From an uncultured Chlamydiales bacterium (GTDB lineage: Bacteria; Chlamydiota; Chlamydiia; Chlamydiales; Rhabdochlamydiaceae): a DNA stretch of 64,000 nucleotides. Where the stretch lies: contig OY969554.1 of assembly GCA_963700985.1 (NCBI GenBank), forward strand, positions 192,001 through 256,000. Direction: 5' to 3'. Position numbers and translations under genes: made by a program. Numbering within the stretch: position 1 is the stretch's first letter; each line of letters opens with the position of its first letter. The notes under the pieces are model-generated. The model did no database searches and was not told where the DNA came from. It saw only the letters and a program-made list of their open reading frames with translations. Of this stretch, positions 57,395 to 64,000 are shown piece after piece.

Positions 57395-58810
57395 ATGTCT
57401 TTTATCAATAATGATCAGCTTAGGGAAGTGGGTACACTCTATCTTTCTGCAAGCACATATGCGACGGCCCAGCTCACAGATTTCATCAATGAAGCAGAGG
57501 GCTGTGTCCAAAAAATACTAGTGCGCGTGGTAGGTGAGCTTGGCTATGCGGCTCTCTTGGTGGCTTCTCTTGTAGAAGGCGTTGTTCGGGCAATTCTCAT
57601 TATTCCAAGCTTGGCTCTTTGTGTTTTAACAGAAGGCGAATGTAATTCAACTAACTGGTGCATAGATACTGCTGGGCTTACTTTTGCTAATGCTTATCAG
57701 ATCGTAATCCGAGCATTAGTAGAGAATCTCTTTGCCTCCCAAGTTAGGCTCTATCCTTCCGAACTTACTGCAGAAGATAAACGCATCATTGCAGAATATG
57801 AAGTTCTCCCTGCGCATATAGCGCAAACGGATATTTTACAGATTCCGCAAGTCACTGATCCAATTGATGTTCCTGAAGTGTTTAATAAATTTTTTAAATC
57901 ATTACAGCCTTTAGGGCTACTCGATAATGTGGATGACGATGATCAAAAACTTACATCGACTCAATTTTCTGAGAGATGTAACAAAAAGTTCGATGTTGCC
58001 TTTTTTCCTAAGGATGAAGCTGTAAGAGATGCTTTGTCCGAGAAGAGCAAAAAATTTGTAAATGTGCTTAAGCACGTCATGTTAACAATACAAAACCGCT
58101 GGAATTTTGAGGTAAATGGACTAGACGCTGGTGAAGAGGAGATGGTCATGCTCCATATAGCGAGCCAGCTTCCTGTGACTGCGCTTTCTCCCGAACAACT
58201 AGCTGCCGTGCAGTGCATCCGCGATCTGGCCAATATTATGAGAAAAACAGGTGCGGCTATTTTGCATTGCAGTAATCGAACCGGCACAGATGGTGATGAT
58301 TTATATTGGGAATTTGTGGTGACAGACCCTTCATTTATTGAGAAGAAAACTCTCAACTACCGCGTGCGCTGTGCGCTAGCAACTTTGCGTCATCTGATTT
58401 TTTACACCGCAGTTGAGCGGATCTGTGATGCGGGTAGGGATTTTGTGCATAGGGCCGCCTCGCATAGCTACTATCGAAGAACGCAGGCAGCAACCTATGG
58501 TGTGCCTGCTGATACCGCCAAACTCGATAGGGCTCATGAAAATTTTGCAGTTAAAGGGTATGAATATCTAATTCGCCAGGAATTTGATCGAGAGCATCAC
58601 GCTGCTTCTATGGTAAAATGCCTGAAGGCACGCGTCAATTCCACTACGGAAACACTTGTCATTCCAGCGCTTTTTGCAGGCTGGTTTACAGATGTCTATC
58701 AAGGTGAAGACGAGGCTTTAGACTCAGATGGTAAGTATACTGATAAGGCAATCTTAGCTTATCTAGAACATGAAGGGCTTATCAGAAGGCGAATCTTAGG
58801 AGAGTCTTAG
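57395..58810 (+). CDS. hypothetical protein with N-terminal membrane segment (putative effector)
   Basis: 471-aa ORF after an AT-rich leader; VGELGYAALLVASLVEGVVRAILIIP hydrophobic segment. Confidence 0.7.
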   Translation: MSFINNDQLREVGTLYLSASTYATAQLTDFINEAEGCVQKILVRVVGELGYAALLVASLVEGVVRAILIIPSLALCVLTEGECNSTNWCIDTAGLTFANAYQIVIRALVENLFASQVRLYPSELTAEDKRIIAEYEVLPAHIAQTDILQIPQVTDPIDVPEVFNKFFKSLQPLGLLDNVDDDDQKLTSTQFSERCNKKFDVAFFPKDEAVRDALSEKSKKFVNVLKHVMLTIQNRWNFEVNGLDAGEEEMVMLHIASQLPVTALSPEQLAAVQCIRDLANIMRKTGAAILHCSNRTGTDGDDLYWEFVVTDPSFIEKKTLNYRVRCALATLRHLIFYTAVERICDAGRDFVHRAASHSYYRRTQAATYGVPADTAKLDRAHENFAVKGYEYLIRQEFDREHHAASMVKCLKARVNSTTETLVIPALFAGWFTDVYQGEDEALDSDGKYTDKAILAYLEHEGLIRRRILGES

Positions 58811-58816
58811 GAGAAA

Positions 58817-58835
58817 GTGGCGACTTTGTCGCCAC
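58817..58835. terminator. hairpin between convergent genes
   Basis: GTGGCGAC-TTT-GTCGCCAC; T-rich tail on the minus strand. Confidence 0.6.
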
Positions 58836-58858
58836 CTAATTTATTCTTAAAAGGATAG

Positions 58859-59416
58859 TTAGCTTTTCAAACGCATACGAGTGATCGTCTGAGGGCTTTT
58901 TGGAGCACCAGAAGAAGAACCGTTTGTTTCGATTTTCTTGACTACATCCATTCCACCGATCACCTGTCCGAAAACTGTATGTTTAAAGTTTAGGAAGGTC
59001 GTGTTCACGGTTGTGATGAAAAACTGGCTACCGTTGGTATTTGGACCGGCATTTGCCATGGCTAATCTGCCTGGCTTATCAAAACTCAGCTCTGCACAGC
59101 ACTCATCTTTGAAAGCTTTTCCAAAAATCGATGCGCCACCTCTTCCAGTGCCTGTAGGATCGCCGCCTTGGATCATAAAATGCGGAATAATGCGGTGGAA
59201 AGTGATGCCATCATAGTAGCCTTTTTGAGCCAGTCTGATGAAATTTTCGCATGTTTTAGGGGCTTCTTTAGGAAAGAGCTCCACTTCGATATTACCTTGG
59301 TTAGTTTCGATGAGCATGATGGGTTTTTCAGGCATTACCCAATTTTCGTCAGCAGCAGATGCATTAGTTGATAAGATCATAAAGATTGGTAGTAGGGTTA
59401 AAATAAATTTTTTCAC
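58859..59416 (-). CDS. cyclophilin-type peptidyl-prolyl isomerase with signal peptide
   Basis: [43 protein letters not shown]. Confidence 0.96.
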   Translation of the reverse strand: MKKFILTLLPIFMILSTNASAADENWVMPEKPIMLIETNQGNIEVELFPKEAPKTCENFIRLAQKGYYDGITFHRIIPHFMIQGGDPTGTGRGGASIFGKAFKDECCAELSFDKPGRLAMANAGPNTNGSQFFITTVNTTFLNFKHTVFGQVIGGMDVVKKIETNGSSSGAPKSPQTITRMRLKS

Positions 59417-59452
59417 AAGTTTATCTGGGGTTTAGTTTCCAAAAAAAATAAA

Positions 59453-59481
59453 ATATTGAAGAAACCCCCGGATTTTGTCAA
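59453..59481 (-). promoter_or_regulatory. putative sigma66 promoter of the cyclophilin gene
   Basis: Minus strand TTGACA-N17-CAATAT. Confidence 0.45.
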
Positions 59482-59605
59482 TCCTGCTAAGAAGTTGTCT
59501 TTAAAAATATTTTTATCATCTGAGGTTTATTCTCTTCTTCTGATCTTTTCTGTTTATATGTTAAAATCTTTGCATATTTTTTAATTAAAAAGAGAGACAG
59601 TAAAG

Positions 59606-61948
59606 ATGAGCGCAGTTAAACCCGTTTCTTCAGCAGCAATTTCTGGAATTCCTGCCGTTGCTAAGCCCTCTGCACCAAAGACTGAATCGAAAGCCGCTTC
59701 TACGGCTCAAACTGTTATCAGTAAGTTAGATCAAAGCATCATGCTGCAAAAACTTGCTTCCGCTGGTTTGCAAGGAGAACCTGCATTATTGGACCGGGTC
59801 CAAAAAGCAATGGCTTCTGGACAATTTGAAGGTTCTGTGATTTTAGGTAGAAAGTTGACCGTGCGCCTTGGGAAAGATGGAGCTTTCGGTGAGGGGCAAA
59901 AAATAGCACAGCAATTGCAACGCCGAGTTAAAGAAGTTCCGGTTTTATCGCTTAAACTAAATTCACAAGATGAGACCCTTCTTGGAAATATATTTGCGAG
60001 CCGTAAGCTCTCTACAGATGTGTGTCTTTTATCGGTAATAGGTGTAGATCTTTTTAATCAAATCGAGAAGCTTCGTCTTGTTTCAATAGATTTTATAAGT
60101 CATGCAAGTTTTGAATTTGCAATGGGCTGGGCTCGTTTGTATGCGAACTTACTGGCGCAGAGGATAGGATCTGCCGGCGAGGTGCTTCCTCCCGATCCTT
60201 CAATGATTAAAAAAATGGTAGAACATTTCGAATATCTCAAACATAAGTTTAGTATTCTGCCAGAAAAAGGCAGTATAGTTAGAACAGTTCGCACAAGCAT
60301 TTCAGAGATTGAAAATAAGTTCTCTTTAATCTGCAAGCTACTCAAAGATCCACAAGCGCAACTATTTCTTGTTGGCCATACACTTAGAGAAATTACTGGG
60401 TGGTCAGACAAATATTTTGCTAAAGCCGCTTTGATGAATAGTAATTCCCCGCAAGAGACCCTTCAAGACATGAGTGTTTTAATGCGCTTAATGTCGATTG
60501 GTTTCGGTCCTGGTCTTAAAATTGAGTTGTTGGGTTTTGAATTCAACGCTGGTGCTCCATTAAGGACAGCGCTAGAAGTTTTTGCAAAGCAGCCTGATAA
60601 CCTAAGCGCTGTTAAACGCTTAAAAGCAGCCTTCGTAACTTTTATTTCTTCTATGCAAAAAGAGCATGTGCGGTACCCCGAAGCTATTGATCTAGTCAGG
60701 AGTGGAGAGCTCACCTATCGAGAGTATGCAAAAGCACATAAAATCAATCCCATAGTCGATCGACCTCAAAGTGAGTTTCTGTTTTATTTGCATAATGCAA
60801 ATATGAGCTTCACGCTTTTTGCCATGCTGCTCGATCAATACTTGCAAATTCTAGACGAACGCGTGATTGAGCCTCTTTTCCCAAGTTGTGTACCTATAGT
60901 AGCTTGTAAACTGCGTTTTCATTCCAATATCGTATCTGTTTTTAAAACAGAACGTAAAGCTCTTGCCTTTACACACGAAAGATTTCCTTCTCTGCCCATG
61001 TCTTTAACTGCTTCTCAAACAAAAGCTCTGCATAGCATGCTCGATGAGGTGCGTGAAGATTTAGAAGATCTGATTGAGCCCCTCTTGGATGATCCTTTAA
61101 TTACAGAGCTAGACGATTCGTTTTTTTTAAGAAGAGATCATAGTTATACGCATTTTTATATGAATGTGTTGCCCTATTTGGAACAGCTCCTGCCCATTGT
61201 GAATCAAATTAATGGCCTCGAGATGGGAAAACTGCGACTAAAATACCTGAAAAGAATTGAAGCGTTTTTAAAGATGTTAGATCTAGAAAGCGTGCGGGCA
61301 AAGCGCGCCGAGTGGGTTGATTATTTTCAAGAAGTGGTCTTGATACAAAATCTCGATTTTTGCCGTTTTGCAATGTTAGCTCAAGACATTCCAGCTATCT
61401 TGCAGCAATATGCGAATACCGAACAGGGATATAACCCCGAGACCCTCTTTTCAGACTCGTCTCTAGACTACTTCGATTTAACAGGCATTGAATCGATGCT
61501 AGCTGAGTTGCTCACGCAGCGAGTTAAGCTCGAAAAACGGCTTTCAGGTGGTCCATTTCCGATAAGAGAAGATCTGGAAGATAAGCCTAAGCGTGTAAAG
61601 CCAACAGCCGTCCAAATCACAGCTGTAGCAAATTCCATACTTACACCTGCTGTAAGTAAGCCAAAAGCTGAATCTAAGCAGCCGTCTGCTCCAAGCTTTG
61701 TGCAAGCGCCAGTTCAGGCGGCCAGAGTTGTAGAGCTTCCTGCTTTTAATATTCGACGTGGCGAGAAGACGCGTAATATCATCTCCCGTCTCTATAAATA
61801 TGGCTTTTTTCTCAAGACAACCCGCGGCTCTCATATGCAATTTGAGCACAAAGAGGGTAAAAGGGTCACCGTTCCAGTGGGGGGAGGCCATGTCCACCAA
61901 AAGCCAGGCACAACACAGAGTATCGCCAGGAGCGCAAGCCTAGGGTAA
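59606..61948 (+). CDS. 780-aa putative secreted protein with C-terminal HicA-like RNase domain (fourth family member)
   Basis: C-terminus NIISRLYKYGFFLKTTRGSHMQFEHKEGKRVTVPVGGGHVHQKPGTTQSIARS; shares LDFCR, IE.FLK.LD and FNIRRGEK with 635-3049 and 3046-5301. Confidence 0.8.
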   Translation: MSAVKPVSSAAISGIPAVAKPSAPKTESKAASTAQTVISKLDQSIMLQKLASAGLQGEPALLDRVQKAMASGQFEGSVILGRKLTVRLGKDGAFGEGQKIAQQLQRRVKEVPVLSLKLNSQDETLLGNIFASRKLSTDVCLLSVIGVDLFNQIEKLRLVSIDFISHASFEFAMGWARLYANLLAQRIGSAGEVLPPDPSMIKKMVEHFEYLKHKFSILPEKGSIVRTVRTSISEIENKFSLICKLLKDPQAQLFLVGHTLREITGWSDKYFAKAALMNSNSPQETLQDMSVLMRLMSIGFGPGLKIELLGFEFNAGAPLRTALEVFAKQPDNLSAVKRLKAAFVTFISSMQKEHVRYPEAIDLVRSGELTYREYAKAHKINPIVDRPQSEFLFYLHNANMSFTLFAMLLDQYLQILDERVIEPLFPSCVPIVACKLRFHSNIVSVFKTERKALAFTHERFPSLPMSLTASQTKALHSMLDEVREDLEDLIEPLLDDPLITELDDSFFLRRDHSYTHFYMNVLPYLEQLLPIVNQINGLEMGKLRLKYLKRIEAFLKMLDLESVRAKRAEWVDYFQEVVLIQNLDFCRFAMLAQDIPAILQQYANTEQGYNPETLFSDSSLDYFDLTGIESMLAELLTQRVKLEKRLSGGPFPIREDLEDKPKRVKPTAVQITAVANSILTPAVSKPKAESKQPSAPSFVQAPVQAARVVELPAFNIRRGEKTRNIISRLYKYGFFLKTTRGSHMQFEHKEGKRVTVPVGGGHVHQKPGTTQSIARSASLG

Positions 61949-62105
61949 GACCTGCATAAGGCGATCCTTTTATTAAAAGCGCATAGATTGCGATAAATAC
62001 ATATTAAAAAATTTAATATTAATATTAAATAAATGAGTTTAGTTTACTTGTTTATTTATTTAATATATAATTTAGTATGTTTAATAATATTATTGCGGGT
62101 GATTT

Positions 62106-63152
62106 ATGTCGGATAATTCATGTGGTTTGTGCGGTCTTAAAGATTATATTCTCAATGCGAATGAGATCCCGCCCTATGGCTACGAAGTAAATATCGTAGA
62201 GGGAGTGGGTACTCTTTTATTGATGGGAGCACAGATATCGATCTCTCTTCTGCAGATGGAATCGTCCTCATGCCTACAAAAAGTTTGGGCAGTATTTTTA
62301 ATGATTATCACCTCGCCTTTTACATTGGCGGGTCTCGCGATTAAAGCGCTTGGTGGTTGCTTACCTCACCCTCTTGCAGAATCTGACGATGCTGAGCTCG
62401 TGCCTGAAAGTACTCCAGACTATCAGCGGCAGATGGATGAGATTTACCAAATCATGCAAGAGTTCCATGCAGTGGCTCAAGAAGTTGGCCTGCCTTACAT
62501 CATTATGGATGGCACATTGCTGGGTTTTGGAAGGCATGGCGGAATTATTCCTTGGGATGATGATGCTGACATGGGCTATTTGATCAAAGATTTAACAGAT
62601 GAAATGATCGCGACAATCACACAGCGGCTTGGTGAAAAAGGCATTCTATTCGAACGTCAACCTGAAAGCTTATGTGGATACATGCTGAAATATGCAGGTC
62701 CGCAAGCCAAAGGCACAGTTGATCTTTTTGCACTTAATGTCTCAGAGGATGGGCAAAGAGTTGTGTTTGAATCAGCATTTTTCCGTGCAAAATTCCGTAA
62801 CGACTGGTTCTCCAAAGAGGAGATCTTAACTGCCGACGGACAGCTCAAAACCGAACAGTATGATTTTGGTCCGGCAGACAAAGGACTCAAAGTTATGGGG
62901 CCACCTAAAGCCATCGTAAATACCTATCTTCAGAGATACTATGGCCCAGATTGTTTAAAGTATGGTATTTCCACTCATGGCCATTGCGTCGTTCCGCTGC
63001 CTTGCAGCGAGCGCACAATTCGCGTGCCTTTTGTACGTCTCACCGGTAAGTTGTGTCAGATTAAATCTGATTGCGCACAAGGAGCTAAATGGCAGGGGCC
63101 GTCTCTGCTGAAGTTGCGTAGGGATGCAGAAGCGCAAGCGGCTGCTTCTTAA
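62106..63152 (+). CDS. LicD-family nucleotidyltransferase-fold protein with N-terminal membrane segments
   Basis: DGTLLGFGRHGGIIPWDDDADMG, VDLF, YLQRYYG; hydrophobic KVWAVFLMIITSPFTLAGLAIKALG. Confidence 0.88.
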   Translation: MSDNSCGLCGLKDYILNANEIPPYGYEVNIVEGVGTLLLMGAQISISLLQMESSSCLQKVWAVFLMIITSPFTLAGLAIKALGGCLPHPLAESDDAELVPESTPDYQRQMDEIYQIMQEFHAVAQEVGLPYIIMDGTLLGFGRHGGIIPWDDDADMGYLIKDLTDEMIATITQRLGEKGILFERQPESLCGYMLKYAGPQAKGTVDLFALNVSEDGQRVVFESAFFRAKFRNDWFSKEEILTADGQLKTEQYDFGPADKGLKVMGPPKAIVNTYLQRYYGPDCLKYGISTHGHCVVPLPCSERTIRVPFVRLTGKLCQIKSDCAQGAKWQGPSLLKLRRDAEAQAAAS

Positions 63153-64000
63153 TCCACAGTATAGAGCTTGGCTACGCGTTTGAACTCTTTGTTCAAACGC
63201 TGTTGCCAGGCTTTTTTTTCGGGTGCATTTGCACAGTGAAAAAAGAGCACGAGCTGCCTTAAAAGTTGGATTTTCTCCCAAAAAAAGGCGCGTTCGATCC
63301 AGCGTTTCTTAAAGTTGATTTTTCCCATTAAAAAAGCAGCCAATAGTGCAGATGTCGGTAGATACGAGAGATCGTCTATGGCCGAAAAATGTGCGAGGGC
63401 AGCCTTTTTCCCTTTTGTTTTGCGCAGGTAGCAGCCGTAAAGATAGAAAAGCGGTGAGCTGACTTGCGTAAGCTCTGCAGCCGAATACTTGGCAAAAATG
63501 TCCTTCGCTTTCTCCCACTTCTTTTCGAACATGAGCGCTGTCAGAGTGAGATCATCGAACGTAGAATTTTTGGCTAGCTTATCGACATAGGGCAGAAGAA
63601 GTGTCGATTTCTGTTTATCGAGGAGGTGCTCGAAAAGATAGCGCATGAGTTTCGGATCTTGATGCCTTCGCGCAAATACTGACTTTAAAGCCTTTTCTGG
63701 GTTCTGATCGATTAAAATAGCACTCTCAAATGGCGATCCAGCGGGTAGCGTCTCTTTTACCCAAGCCGTGCATCCGAGATGTAAGAGAGCAAAGAGGGCA
63801 TTATGTGAGAGTTCTGGCCGCGAGCTATTCTCAAGAATTTCAAAGAGAGTAATGGGCTTGGTTAACCAAAAAGCGAGTTGGATCGAGAGGTGTAAAAGCG
63901 GCGACTCTTCTTCCGCTGCTGCATCGATGAAGTTAAGCGGCTCGAGATATTTTTTGAGACTTTCGAGCAGTTTTTGACCGTCATGAGTATCGAAGATATG
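63149..64000 (-). CDS. pknD: 3' end of a longer gene entering from beyond the window, probably the chlamydial Ser/Thr kinase PknD
   Basis: The frame of ORF 63149-63646 stays open to 64000 (…QLAFWLTKPITLFE…). LYGCYL...AHFS and FWEK.QL.RQL.LF.HC resemble the PknD C-terminus as I recall it, and pknD lies next to valS in Chlamydia. The kinase domain itself is not in the window. Confidence 0.55.
   Translation of the reverse strand, partial: HIFDTHDGQKLLESLKKYLEPLNFIDAAAEEESPLLHLSIQLAFWLTKPITLFEILENSSRPELSHNALFALLHLGCTAWVKETLPAGSPFESAILIDQNPEKALKSVFARRHQDPKLMRYLFEHLLDKQKSTLLLPYVDKLAKNSTFDDLTLTALMFEKKWEKAKDIFAKYSAAELTQVSSPLFYLYGCYLRKTKGKKAALAHFSAIDDLSYLPTSALLAAFLMGKINFKKRWIERAFFWEKIQLLRQLVLFFHCANAPEKKAWQQRLNKEFKRVAKLYTVD

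Overview
This is a 64-kb chromosomal segment of an environmental Chlamydiae bacterium. The assignment rests on chlamydial gene order and content: infA-tRNA(Thr)-tuf-tRNA(Trp)-secE-nusG-rplKAJL-rpoBC, tal, a V/A-type ATPase operon E-(C-like)-A-B-D-I-K, a CT303-like lipoprotein, valS and a probable pknD 3' end. Accessory, host-interaction-type genes interrupt this core. The most striking signal is a family of four paralogous large proteins, three in tandem at 1-5301 (one partial) and one at 59606-61948. The three complete members (751-804 aa) have a Ser/Thr/Ala/Pro-rich N-terminus, an uncharacterised conserved core and a C-terminal HicA-like ribonuclease domain (GSH motif); no HicB antitoxin is visible in the window. 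Also present are eight paralogous small multi-TM proteins in two arrays, an F-box/WD40 protein, Inc-like membrane-anchored enzymes (sphingomyelinase-like EEP, LicD) and several short intergenic inverted-repeat elements. rpoB and rpoC carry more than 20 apparent single-base indels, most likely local sequencing or assembly error. I saw no CRISPR array, rRNA, transposase or prophage.
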